This document shows, one piece after another, positions 44,231 to 54,742 of a stretch of DNA of 64,000 nucleotides. The translations under genes and the position numbers were made by a program. How positions within the stretch are numbered: position 1 is the stretch's first letter; the number at the start of each line of letters is the position of its first letter. Source of the stretch: an uncultured Acidimicrobiales bacterium (GTDB lineage Bacteria > Actinomycetota > Acidimicrobiia > Acidimicrobiales > UBA10347); contig CALSSD010000009.1 in NCBI GenBank assembly GCA_943788915.1, forward strand, positions 124,001-188,000, written 5' to 3'. A model generated the notes under the pieces. That model made no database searches. It was given only the letters and a program-made list of their open reading frames with translations, and was not told the DNA's origin.

Positions 44231-45922
44231 CTACCTCGCCGAGGCTTGATCGCGGAGGTCGCGTTTGAGGATCTTGCCGCTGGCGTTGCGAGGCAACGAA
44301 TCGGTCACGATGGTCACGATTGCCGGCACCTTGAACTTGGCGATCCGTTCGGCGAGGAACTCCTGGAGCGCTGAGGCCTCGAGGGCCTGGCCAGCCTTGA
44401 CCATGATGTGGCAGGCCAACTCCTCGCCCAACCGGGCGTCGGGCACGCCATAGACGGCAGCCTCGTACACCGCTGGGTGCTCGTAGATTGCGGCTTCGAC
44501 CTCGATGCAGTAAATGTTTTCGCCGCCGCGCAGGACCATGTCCTTTGCCCGATCGCTCACGTAGACGAAACCCTCATCGTCGACGCGGCCAATATCGCCG
44601 GAGCGCAGCCATCCGTCTTGCATGGTTTCTGCCGTGGCTTCGGGACGGTTCCAGTATTCAGAGATCAACATGGGGCCCTTGAACCAGATCTCGCCGGTCT
44701 CGCCGGTGGCGAGTTCCTTACCGTTGGCGTCGGTGACCCGAACAGTCATGATTGGTACACACTTGCCGGTCGACGTTGGGTTCTCGACGAACATCGTGCC
44801 AGCGTTTTGTGGGCCGTACGCATTGGTCTCGGTCATGCCATAACCCAGACCAGGGCGGCCGTTGGGGAAGTTATCTTCGATGCGCTGCACCAACTCAGGT
44901 GGCATCGGGGCACCCCCGCCTCCAACCGATTTGAGGGACGAAGTATCTCGGCTGGTGAAACTTGGCGACTCGAGCAAGTCCCAGCTCATCGTGGGTACAC
45001 CCACAAAGTGGGTCACTCGTTCAGACTCGATGAGCTCAAGAGCCCGCTCCGGGTCCCAGCGGTGTGTCATGACCAGCTTGGCACCGCTCACGAACGAACC
45101 GAGCATGACTGGCACCAGGCCAGTGACATGGAACAGCGGCACACACAACATGAACACCGGCGGACTCGCTGGAGCGCCCGGATCGGCGGTACTGGCAGCG
45201 TTACCGCTGTCTGGTTCGGTGAGCCCGCCGACGGCAGCCCGAGCAGCGAACGCCAGCAACGCGCTCAGCACGGCGCGGTGGGTGGAGACAGCACCCTTCG
45301 GATGTCCCGTAGTGCCAGACGTGTACAGGATGGAAACGTTGTCATCAGCGTCGATCTCGACCGTCGGCATTTTCGCATCGTCGACAAACGCGTCCTCGAG
45401 CCGAGCGACGCCATCGGGAAGTTCGCCATTCGACCGCACAGCAACAAGGGTGGCCCCGGTGGAATCACCCTCGACGATCCGTGCAAGGCGTTCGAGGTCA
45501 GCCAGCACGACTGCTGAACCTGAGTCCTCGATTGCGAACTGGAGCTCGTCGGTAAGCCACCACGCGTTCAGTGGTACTGCCACCGCACCGACCGACACAA
45601 TCGCAACGTATGCGGCGATCCACTCGGGGTAATTCCGCATGGCCAAGGCAACACGATCCCCCTTTTCTACACCCCAGGTATTCACGAGTGCGTGGCCAAT
45701 CTTGCCGGCCAACTCAAGCAGCTGCGGCATGGTCCAACGTTCATCTTCGTAGATGATGAACTCGGTGTCGCGAGCTGCAGCAAGTTGGAACAGCGCAGTG
45801 ACGTTCGGTGGCGTCCCTGCAAAAACTTTGGTCGGGATGCCACGCACCTCCGCTTCGGTGATTTCAAACATCGTGCCGGGTGCACATACTGCCGCACAGG
45901 CCTCGTCGTACGTCATAGGCAT
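44231..45922 (-). CDS. Class I adenylate-forming enzyme (long-chain acyl-CoA synthetase)
   Basis: YTSGTTGHPKG, GYGMTET, SGDIG, DRAKDMVLRGGENIY, SGKILK. Confidence 0.93.
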   Translation of the reverse strand: MPMTYDEACAAVCAPGTMFEITEAEVRGIPTKVFAGTPPNVTALFQLAAARDTEFIIYEDERWTMPQLLELAGKIGHALVNTWGVEKGDRVALAMRNYPEWIAAYVAIVSVGAVAVPLNAWWLTDELQFAIEDSGSAVVLADLERLARIVEGDSTGATLVAVRSNGELPDGVARLEDAFVDDAKMPTVEIDADDNVSILYTSGTTGHPKGAVSTHRAVLSALLAFAARAAVGGLTEPDSGNAASTADPGAPASPPVFMLCVPLFHVTGLVPVMLGSFVSGAKLVMTHRWDPERALELIESERVTHFVGVPTMSWDLLESPSFTSRDTSSLKSVGGGGAPMPPELVQRIEDNFPNGRPGLGYGMTETNAYGPQNAGTMFVENPTSTGKCVPIMTVRVTDANGKELATGETGEIWFKGPMLISEYWNRPEATAETMQDGWLRSGDIGRVDDEGFVYVSDRAKDMVLRGGENIYCIEVEAAIYEHPAVYEAAVYGVPDARLGEELACHIMVKAGQALEASALQEFLAERIAKFKVPAIVTIVTDSLPRNASGKILKRDLRDQASAR

Positions 45923-46156
45923 TGGTAGGGATCTCGCAGTCCAGGTAGGCGTCGACAGCCCGCAAGTGTCGCCTATCGCCCCGGGTTTCACCAACCTGCA
46001 ACCTGGTAAACCAGGGCAGGAGAGAGTGCATCGGCAGAAGGTGCGTTTATCGCCTTTGATCGCCAGACGAACCCGCGCGCCAAAGCCACTTGGCGGATGA
46101 TCACCTCCCCACAACGATCTCGATCGAGATGACCGAGGTGTTGCCTCCAGGAGAAC

Positions 46157-47038
46157 ATGCGCTCAGGTACCGTGCACACTGTGGAAGCAGATGACCTGCG
46201 CATGCAACACACCCCGACTGGTGACACCCACCGTGTGGGTGAGCGCCTCATTGCCGACCACCTTGATGCGCTCGAAGCCGAACGGGTCATACAACGTGCG
46301 CTCGAACTCGAGGCAGCGTCACTCGACGAACCCCACGTCATCACCACCGGACAGCTTGAGCTCATTGCCAAAGAGATCGGCATCGATCCGGCATTTGTTC
46401 ATCAGGCACTGGGCGAGGTGCGACTTGAGAGTGAACACCGGGGCCGGGTCTCACGTTGGATCCTGCCGCACGATCTGGTCGCAACGGCCACGATCAATGG
46501 GCTTGACCGCGACGACGTTGACGCGTCAATCAAGAAGTGGATGACCCAGAACGAAGGGCTTACACCCGGAGGCATCCTGCCCGACGGCATCGAATGGGAC
46601 GTCGACCGTCGATGGCGGGCCCGCATGATCTCGCGGTCGATGAGCGGCGGCAACCGGATCTCACGTGTCGCAAGCGGCGACGTGGCCCACCGGGTACATA
46701 GCGTGTCTGCGCACGAACATGTCGTTGCGTTTCAGTCGACAGGACGGCTCCCGCTGTTGTTCGCCCACATAACCATGGCTGTTGGCGGTGCGCTCGGTGC
46801 CATCGCTCTGCTCGGCAGCACGGCTAGCGGCGGCGTGCTCAATGCCGTGGGGTTCTTTGCCCTCTTCGCTGGATTGTCCGTCGCAGTCGGCCTCGGTGGG
46901 GCTCGATGGTGGGCACAAACCATCAACGCAGCCATGCGACGGTCGCTCATCGGCCTTGTCGGATCGGCGAAACCCAAACGAAAGTCCTGGTTCGCACGAG
47001 GCAACACAAAGAGCTTGCGCCGAAAGAAAGACTCGTAA
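46157..47038 (+). CDS. Hypothetical membrane protein; start uncertain
   Basis: N-terminal helical motif QLELIAKEIGIDP, two C-terminal TM helices and a basic tail. Confidence 0.6.
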   Translation: MRSGTVHTVEADDLRMQHTPTGDTHRVGERLIADHLDALEAERVIQRALELEAASLDEPHVITTGQLELIAKEIGIDPAFVHQALGEVRLESEHRGRVSRWILPHDLVATATINGLDRDDVDASIKKWMTQNEGLTPGGILPDGIEWDVDRRWRARMISRSMSGGNRISRVASGDVAHRVHSVSAHEHVVAFQSTGRLPLLFAHITMAVGGALGAIALLGSTASGGVLNAVGFFALFAGLSVAVGLGGARWWAQTINAAMRRSLIGLVGSAKPKRKSWFARGNTKSLRRKKDS

Positions 47039-47058
47039 CACTCTCGTCTAGAGCCGAG

Positions 47059-47655
47059 CTATCCCAGTGTGGACGCTGCAGCGAAGCCGGCCTTGGCCAT
47101 ACGACGAAGACCGTCGTCGACGTCAAAGTCCACGAGTTCTGCTTCGGTCACCCATTGCAACGCCTGGCTCTCGTGGTTTCCCTGTGGTTCCGAACCGGCC
47201 TGAGCGATGATCAGATAACGCACGTCGAGATGAAGATGTGCGTCTTCCTTCGGTGGGTCGACCAGGTGGATATCAACGTCGATGGCGGGAGTCACCACTT
47301 GCAGGCCATTCAGTCCAGTTTCTTCCTGTGCTTCACGAAGCGCCACGTGGGCCAGGTTCGTATCACCGTCGGCATGCCCTCCAGGTTGAAGCCATCGCTG
47401 CAGCTTCGTGTGGAAGAGCATGAGACAGCTCATTCGGCTTGGGTCCACAACGAACGCTGAACCGGTCAGGTGACCTGGCCGACAGGTGCGTACCGCAATG
47501 TCATCGTGTTCATCAATGAGCTCCAGGATGCGGCTGCGATGCGACTCGAAACCTTCGCCTTGAGCAGCATGAAGCAACTGGCGAGCGAGCTCCCGATCCT
47601 GGCTGGGAACCAACGCAGCCGAATTTGGGTCGATGGCAAATGGCGATGGGGTCAC
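47059..47655 (-). CDS. NUDIX hydrolase
   Basis: GHLTGSA, WLQPGGHADG..ALREAQEETGL, HLDVRY. Confidence 0.9.
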   Translation of the reverse strand: MTPSPFAIDPNSAALVPSQDRELARQLLHAAQGEGFESHRSRILELIDEHDDIAVRTCRPGHLTGSAFVVDPSRMSCLMLFHTKLQRWLQPGGHADGDTNLAHVALREAQEETGLNGLQVVTPAIDVDIHLVDPPKEDAHLHLDVRYLIIAQAGSEPQGNHESQALQWVTEAELVDFDVDDGLRRMAKAGFAAASTLG

Positions 47656-47677
47656 CCACCCAAACTATCTTCGGTGC

Positions 47678-49346
47678 ATGCGTCATCAGCTGCGACCCGG
47701 CGATCTCCATCCGTTCACCAATATGGACATCCCTCACCTGCTCCAACGGCAGGCCGATGTCCGAGGCGACCACCCATTTCTGGTGTGGGAGCCCTTCGAA
47801 GGTGACCGGCGGGTCTGGACGTATGCGGAGTTCGTCGATGCCACCCGTCGAGTCGCCGCTGGCCTGGTGGCCCGGGGCGTGAAGATCGGTGACCGGGTGC
47901 TCGTGCACCTGGACAACTGCCCGGAGAGCATCTTCAGCTGGTTTGGGTGTTCGGTCGCTGGTGCATCGGCAGTCACGACGAATGCCAGGTCGGTTGCCGA
48001 CGAGTTGACCTACTACGCCGACAACGCCGAGGTCGTTGGAGCGATCACACAGCCTCGATTCGCCGACCTGGTCGAGGCCAGCACCAAGCCCGGTTTCCTC
48101 ATCGTGACCGAGACCGACAACGGCACACCAGCAGCACCGGGAACCGCTCCCGATGCCGCAGATTCGTTCGAGCGCCTTTTCGAAGCCCCTCCGCTGGACC
48201 TGCGCCCGCCCGACCCGCTGTTGAACTTCAGTGTGCAGTTCACTTCTGGTACCACGTCTCGCCCCAAGGGTGTGGTCTGGAATCATGCCAATGCGTTGTG
48301 GGGTGCCCGAATGTGCGCCCGCAACGAACACATGAACGCAGATGATGTACATCTGACCCACTTGCCGCTATTTCACACGAATGCCCAGGCGTATTCGGTG
48401 TTGTCGTCGTTGTGGGCCGGTGCCACGGTCGTCGCCCAGCCTCGGTTCTCGGCGTCGAGGTTCTGGGATGTTTCGCTGCGGAATCGGTGCACCTGGACCT
48501 CGATCGTGCCCTTTGTGGCGAAGGCGCTCATGGCCCGTGACGAACCTGTTCCCGATCACCAGTATCGACTGTGGGGCAACGGCGTACAACTACCCACCTG
48601 GGATGACTATTTCGGCGTGAAGACCATCTCGTGGTGGGGTATGACCGAGACAATTGCGCAACCAATCGTCAGCGATCCGACCATTCCGTCCGTGCCAGTA
48701 TCGATGGGTCGGCCATCACCCGCCTATGAGATTGCGGTGCGACACGACGACGGCACACCGGTTGGGCCAGGCGAGACTGGTGGCCTGTTTGTGCGGGGAA
48801 TCACCGGTCTGTCGTTGTTCAAGGAGTACCTGAACAATCCGGATGCCACCGAGTCTTCGTTCGACAACCAAGGCTTCATGATCACCGGCGACCGGGTGAA
48901 GCTGCTGGCGAGCGGCGACCTACAGTTCGGTGATCGCGACAAGGACATGTTGAAGGTTGGCGGCGAGAACGTCGCTGCATCGGAGATCGAACGAGTCGTC
49001 GGGTCTGTGGCCGGTGTCGCCGAGTGTGCGGTTGTCGCCAAACGCGATCCCATGCTTGATGAAGTGCCGGTTGTGTTTGTGCTCCCACCAAACGGCGACA
49101 TCGCCGACGGCCCGGCCTTGGCCGATCGCAGTCTTGGCCGCGTGTCAGTCTTCGCTGGCCGATTTCAAGGTCCCCCGTGAGGTGCACGTGGTTGACGAGC
49201 TTCCACGGTCCACACTAGACAAGATCGCCAAGGCCAAACTCCGCGATCGAGCCAACAGCATAGACGTTTCTGAGCCGATCCGACGGCTCTTTCCCTCAAT
49301 CGGTTCACAAACGCCAAGAACAGGACGCAGCTATGCAACCAAGTGA
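47678..49346 (+). CDS. Acyl-CoA synthetase, crotonobetaine/carnitine-CoA ligase (CaiC)-like; frameshift near 49125, end uncertain
   Basis: FTSGTTSRPKG, PLFHTNAQ, WGMTET, TGD, KVGGENVAASEIE; LADFKVPRE..STLDKIAK in the shifted frame. Confidence 0.88.
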
Positions 49347-50079
49347 CATTGAAGACGCAGCGATGTTCTTGCTGCACCTGCGCACGCAACGCGGGCAGGT
49401 CCGGGGCCTGCCGGGTGAGCTCATGCCCAAAACCATCGCCCATGCCTACGACATCCAGGACGCGACCCACCGTTTTGCCGGTTGGCCGATCGGGGTGCTC
49501 AAGGTCGGTTGCACCAGCGAGGTCGCACAACAGTTCCTCGGCATCCCCCATCCCATCGGCGGCCGCATTCCGACCGAAGGCGTGTTCGAGTCTGGCTCGA
49601 CGGTGCCCAAGGACTTCCTGGCCAGCGAGCCATTACTCGAGTGCGAGATCGCCATGCGCGTCGGCACCGATGGTTCGGTCGACGCTGTCGCTCCGGCAAT
49701 CGAACTCGTGAATGCCCGGTACTCAGACACCTCACAGGTGTCGGGCATCGGCCTGATCGCCGACAACTCGGTGGGCTGCGGTGCGGTGCTCGGAGCGCCC
49801 ATCGCCATCGGTGATGCTGGTGACCTCAACGACCTGGCGATGACCTTACGCGACGGCAACGCGGAGATTGCTTCTGGCAACACGCAGTCGCTCACCGGCG
49901 GCCCACAGGCATCGGTCGACTGGACACTCGCCCATGAGGCAAGCCGAGGCCGGCCCGTCGCGCCAGGCACCTGGATCATCACCGGCACCTGTACCGGCCT
50001 GACCCCAACAAGTTGGGGCGGCACGTACACCGCCGACTTCGGGGCCGTCGGCGCTGTGAGCTTCACCCTCGGCCTTTAG
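49333..50079 (+). CDS. 2-keto-4-pentenoate hydratase-like protein (FAA hydrolase family)
   Basis: AYDIQD, KVGCTSEVAQQFLG, ECEIA, AIELV, IADN, IITGT. Confidence 0.8.
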   Translation: MQPSDIEDAAMFLLHLRTQRGQVRGLPGELMPKTIAHAYDIQDATHRFAGWPIGVLKVGCTSEVAQQFLGIPHPIGGRIPTEGVFESGSTVPKDFLASEPLLECEIAMRVGTDGSVDAVAPAIELVNARYSDTSQVSGIGLIADNSVGCGAVLGAPIAIGDAGDLNDLAMTLRDGNAEIASGNTQSLTGGPQASVDWTLAHEASRGRPVAPGTWIITGTCTGLTPTSWGGTYTADFGAVGAVSFTLGL

Positions 50080-51239
50080 TCGGCGGCGGCACCGGTCGTG
50101 AGGTACTGCCACAGGCCTGGTTTGGCTCCCTGTGCTTCCATTTCCCTTTTTGCTCCCAGGATCGCCTGGCCAGCTTCAGTTTCGTGCTGGAACCACCGGG
50201 TGGCTTCAAATGCCGACGGTGTGTGGTCGGCTAGCGACACCGCAGCCGCTTCGTAGTAGCCGCGGATGTCTTGCACGACTCGGGCTGGGATACCGGGGAT
50301 GCCCGCGTCGCGCCACGGGGCACCACCAGCAACCGCTGCGAAGGTGGCGATTGCGGCGGGTACCTCGTCGGGGCCCATGAGACGAAAAGCACCCAGGCGT
50401 TCGCCATAACGGGCGATCGTGCGTTCATAGGCAGGACGTAGCGCACGAGCTTCGACTACCGCTGGATGTTCGTCGCTCTCGGCTCGGGGTGGCATTGGGC
50501 AGGAGAGCACTTCGGACTCATCGGAGATGACTTCGGAGAATGCCTCGATGCCCGGTTCGGTGCGCTCGAGCATGGCGAAGGCGTGGGCAAGGACTCGGTG
50601 TTGAAAGTCTGCATCGTCGGGTTTGCCAAGGGGTCGTCCCAGCGGGAAGTCACAAAACAGACCCCGAGGCGGAGCGGTGCTTTCGAGCTGACCTCTGACT
50701 GAACCCAGTGCAACTGTGGCTAGACCATTGGCTTCGAGGACATGGGCGAGCGTGCTCACGGCACGCGTGCACAGCGGTCAAACCGGCGTAAGTAACACCA
50801 CATCGACGCCCGCGTCGAGCAACACCTTGGCTCCTTCGGGTCCGCTGTCGAGCCGGATCCCTTCGACCTCGAATTGATTTCCGGCATAGGCCAGGTGCAG
50901 GTCGGACACGGCGCCAATCGTGCCATTCGCTGCAAGCTCGTCGAGACGGTCGATCGGGAAGACGACGTTGTAGTCGACCCCGAAACCAACCTGGTCGACA
51001 TCCTGGCTCCAGTGGCCCAAGCGATAATCGCGCCTGGCAGCATCAAGCTTGCGGAAGCTGGTGTCTCGCGGGTCGAATCCAGGTTGCTCCGGATGATGGA
51101 GCGCCGCCGACGTCAAGATGGCCACGGTTGACTCAGACAGCGGTTTGGGTGTGGTGAACGCGGTGTTCTCGAAGATGGCGGGCTCTAGCCCGTCCATAAA
51201 CACCTTGACTCGATCACTGGATGGCTTCGACATGTCCAT
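50076..51239 (-). CDS. Putative selenoprotein, glycine/sarcosine/betaine reductase B / D-proline reductase PrdB-like (387 aa, Sec154)
   Basis: ORFs 50778-51239 and 50076-50759 are in frame and separated only by TGA 50778-50780, reading VDVVLLTPV-U-PLCTRAVSTLAHVLEANGLATV; PrdB-like motifs VAILTSAALH, DYNVVFPIDRL, PPRGLFCDFPLGRPLG. Confidence 0.8.
50750..50766 (-). promoter_or_regulatory. Putative bacterial SECIS hairpin
   Basis: GCGUGC-CGUGA-GCACGC, a 17-nt stem-loop starting after an 11-nt spacer 3' of the in-frame UGA. Confidence 0.6.
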
Positions 51240-51292
51240 CTGTCGAAGTTAGTGCGAACCCGGCCATGCAGCGAATCTGAAGGGTGTGAGAA

Positions 51293-51839
51293 CTACGGCG
51301 TAAATCGCCACAGGCGATCAGGCGCTCGGTCCTTGCTCAAGCCGATTCGGGGTGTCCTGCTCGCATTGGTGGGCGGATCTATGCCGTCGTCGACGATTCG
51401 CGCTGCGCTCGTGCTGATCTGCATGCCGTTTAGCTCGTGAGCGAAGCCGAGAGCCTTCGTTAACTTGCCGGGTCCCATTCGCTAGATCGCGATCGCGGAC
51501 CCTGCCGCGGACGGTCCGCATTTCATCGATGCCGGATAGCGGCTCGACAGCTCGGATCAATACTGCGGCGGCTGTTCCAGGTTCACTGACGACCACGTTC
51601 GCACACCAGTGCACGCCATAACTGAGATAGACGTACCAGTGACCTGCCGGGCCGTACATCAGCTCGGTGCGAGGTGTTGGCCCGCGCCATGCATGACTGC
51701 CAGGATCATCTTCGCCGCCATAGGCCTCGACCTCGACGATGCGCCCGCTGCGCTCCCCTGCCACCAGCACCTTGTTCAGTAGCTCGGGCGCCACGTCAAG
51801 CACCGGCCGCTCATAGAACTCAGCAGTCAAATCAATCAC
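51293..51839 (-). CDS. DNA-3-methyladenine glycosylase (MPG/AAG family); frameshift near 51476
   Basis: GRIVEVEAYGG, YVYLSYGVHWCANVV, AVLIRA; GPGKLTKALG..TPRIGL..WRF in the shifted frame. Confidence 0.92.
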
Positions 51840-51891
51840 CCGTCGACCGTACTGAAAAGTTACCTCCCCTGGGGAAGATAACTTTTCACAC

Positions 51892-52614
51892 CTAGTCGGA
51901 GAGAGCGATGCGGACTCGTTTGTTGCCTTTGCCTTTGGACTCGGTCTTGGTGATGGTGAATGTGCCGACGTCGGCTGTACTCGCGACATGCGTGCCGCCG
52001 TCGGCTTGTTTGTCGAGGCCCACGATGTCGATGATGCGGATCGTTGTGACCGACTCAGGGATCATGTTGACTTTGGTCCGAATGAGATCCTCGTCGGCTA
52101 CGGCTACTGAGCGGTCAAGAAACGACACCTCGATAGGACGGGCCGCGGCAATCTCGGCGTTCACGGCAGCCTCGATTGTGTCCTTGAACCCTTCGGGCAA
52201 CGGGTCGAACTCGAAGTCCATCCGACCCGATAGCGGCTCCATGTTCCCGCCGGTGACCGCCTTGCCGTATTCATTCCAGATCACGCCGCACAACAGGTGC
52301 ATAGCCGTGTGGGTGCGCATAAGTTCGTGTCGGCGCTCCCAGTCGATCGTTGCGGTCACGGTGCTCCCGATCGCCGGAAGCTCGCCGTCGTCGCCGCAGT
52401 TATGCCAGACCTTGCCACCGTCACGCTGTACGCCAGTCACGGCGACCTTGTCGCTGGACCCCGCGAGTGTTCCGTGATCGGCTGGCTGGCCGCCGCCTTG
52501 CACATAGAAGACCGTGCGGTCCAGGACAACCTTTCGAGCCTCAGTATCGACCTCGGTCACCGTTGCTTCGCAACTCTGCAGATACGCGTCCTCAAGATAC
52601 AACAGCTCAGTCAT
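51892..52614 (-). CDS. Alanyl-tRNA editing protein AlaX-M
   Basis: LDRTVFYVQGGGQPAD, RTHTAMHLL (HxxxH), DGGTHV, KGKGNKRVR. Confidence 0.9.
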   Translation of the reverse strand: MTELLYLEDAYLQSCEATVTEVDTEARKVVLDRTVFYVQGGGQPADHGTLAGSSDKVAVTGVQRDGGKVWHNCGDDGELPAIGSTVTATIDWERRHELMRTHTAMHLLCGVIWNEYGKAVTGGNMEPLSGRMDFEFDPLPEGFKDTIEAAVNAEIAAARPIEVSFLDRSVAVADEDLIRTKVNMIPESVTTIRIIDIVGLDKQADGGTHVASTADVGTFTITKTESKGKGNKRVRIALSD

Positions 52615-52712
52615 CAGCACATCGTAGATTCGGTGTTGCGGACCCAGCGCTATTACACAAGCCGGACGAGCGGTTGGTCGCGCTCACACTCGTCGGATAC
52701 GTTGCCGGGTTG

Positions 52713-53312
52713 ATGAATGTAAGCGAGTGCGACGCCGGTGTTCTGCGGCGAGTGTTGGATCACTCGCCCCTGACTTCGGTCGAAGGGTCTACGGCAGCGG
52801 TCGCGGTCGTGTTCCGATCAGGAGAGAACGGCACCGAGTTGTTGTTCATCCAACGGGCAACCAAGGACACTGACCCGTGGTCAGGGCATATGGCCTTCCC
52901 CGGCGGACGAACTGACCCCGGCGATACCGACGCCCACTACACCGCCGAGCGAGAAACACTCGAAGAAGTCGACCTTGATCTCACAGGTGTTCGTCGGCTT
53001 GGCTCGCTTGATGACTTGGTACCGGGGCGGCATCTGCAAGCAGTGCACGCCTTGGCGTATTGGCTCGAAGGCGACCGTCCATCCCTGACGGCCAATTATG
53101 AGGTAGCGGAGACCGTGTGGGTTCCGCTTTCGGTCCTCACCGATAACGACCGCTACATCGATTACTACTACCCACTTAGCGACTCCAGTTGGCCTGGCAT
53201 TCAGCTCGATGAACCCTCGCAAGTCATATGGGGTTTGACGCTTCGTTTTCTGGCCGACTTGTTCCGCCGGCTCGAAACGCCGTTCATCGAACTCGCTCCC
53301 TGGCCCAGCTAA
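52713..53312 (+). CDS. CoA pyrophosphatase (NUDIX)
   Basis: AAVAV, DPWSGHMAFPGGR..AERETLEEV, EVAE, IWGLT. Confidence 0.88.
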   Translation: MNVSECDAGVLRRVLDHSPLTSVEGSTAAVAVVFRSGENGTELLFIQRATKDTDPWSGHMAFPGGRTDPGDTDAHYTAERETLEEVDLDLTGVRRLGSLDDLVPGRHLQAVHALAYWLEGDRPSLTANYEVAETVWVPLSVLTDNDRYIDYYYPLSDSSWPGIQLDEPSQVIWGLTLRFLADLFRRLETPFIELAPWPS

Positions 53313-53316
53313 ATTG

Positions 53317-53974
53317 TTAGCGGGAAGGCGAGAGTGAGCGAAGTCGGCGGCTGGGGCGCGCCCGATGTGAGATGTCGCCCACTTGCTGGCAGTACTGCGA
53401 TGACAGCGCCGGGTCGTGGGGCGCTGCTACATCGACGTCGTTGTAACTTGCGCCGCGTCCCCATCCGAAGGCTCGTTGGAAGATGGGCAGTAGGCGCTTG
53501 TTGGCAATGCCATCGAGGAAGAACTGTTCGTGTTCTTTCTCGGTGATCCCCATTTCGTAGAGCACATCGTCGTGATCGGTGACGCCCAGCTCATGGAAGT
53601 ACTGCTGCATGATGAAATACTCGCAGACGTTGCCGCTCTCGAGCCGGCCTGCGAAGTAATACGGCATGAACCAACCGATCACGTAGACAGCTCGCTGAGA
53701 TCAGCTTCCCTATCAGGAAGAATCGCACTTCCAGCACCCGGCTGACGGGAATGTCGTACGTGCGCAAGATGTCGAGCACCGCTGCCCGATGCTCCCACTC
53801 GTCGGCTTCGATCTGGGTCAGCGCTGCCTTCGCAGCCGCGTCATCGACTGAACCGGCATGGCCGATGTATGCATAGGCCGCCGCCCGCTCTGCTGAGTAC
53901 GCGAGCCGAAGCAGTTTCACAAGCCGCACATGGCCGTTGACGAGTTCCTTTGCACTCGCGTCGGCCGTAGGCAT
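53317..53974 (-). CDS. Ferritin-like (diiron) domain protein; frameshift near 53687
   Basis: AYSAERAAAYAYIGH, DEWEHR, GRLESGNVCEY, TEKEHE (paired ExxH motifs) across two frames. Confidence 0.75.
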
Positions 53975-53977
53975 TGT

Positions 53978-54655
53978 CTAACTATCGACCGTGAATGCAG
54001 GGCCGTCGAAACTGTCAACGGTGACGAACTCTTCAACCTGTTTCCGCCGTAATTTCGTGAGCTGCTTGACCGGCACCCCAATCGGAAGCATCGCTGCGAC
54101 CGCATAACTACTCGGCAAACCAAGCACCTTTTGTACCTCGGGCTCCTTCTCGGCGAGGTATGTGGTGAGAACTCCGCCGAGGCCTTCGTTACGAGCCGAC
54201 ATCAAGATGTTCCACACCAATGGATAGATCGACGCACCACTGATGACGCCGATGCGCTCGAGGTTCTTGTCGAAGCTGGCAACGACGGAGAGATCGACTG
54301 CCACCACGAGCACAACAGGGGCATCGACCATTTCATTCACGCCGGGAAAGGTCACCGGGCGGTCGTTGGCACGAATAGCCGCTTCGTCGACTGACGTTGG
54401 ATTGATCGAATTCCATGGCGCCTCGCCGGCTGCAACATGGGCCATGTAGATATCGGTCCCCTCTCGTACCAGCGGCACCAGTTGACGACGCACGTCCTTG
54501 TCTCGAACGACGATGACGTGTTGGCCTTGGCGATTACCGCCGTTTGGAGCGAAACGGGCGTTGTCGAGAATGCGGTGCAGCGTCTCGTCGCTGACAGGGT
54601 CGTCGGTCCACTCTCGACACGCAAAGGTGGTTCGCATTACGTCGTACAGTTCCAT
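53978..54655 (-). CDS. Nitroreductase family protein
   Basis: ARFAPNGGNRQG, APVVLVV, NILMSARNEGLGG, LPIG.P. Confidence 0.9.
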   Translation of the reverse strand: MELYDVMRTTFACREWTDDPVSDETLHRILDNARFAPNGGNRQGQHVIVVRDKDVRRQLVPLVREGTDIYMAHVAAGEAPWNSINPTSVDEAAIRANDRPVTFPGVNEMVDAPVVLVVAVDLSVVASFDKNLERIGVISGASIYPLVWNILMSARNEGLGGVLTTYLAEKEPEVQKVLGLPSSYAVAAMLPIGVPVKQLTKLRRKQVEEFVTVDSFDGPAFTVDS

Positions 54656-54742
54656 AGCGCACTCCTTCAAAGGCCAGCCGTTGACACTACTTGCCGCGGT
54701 CGTATGACTCGCGCTTGAGACCACGTAGACCACTTCGGCGAC

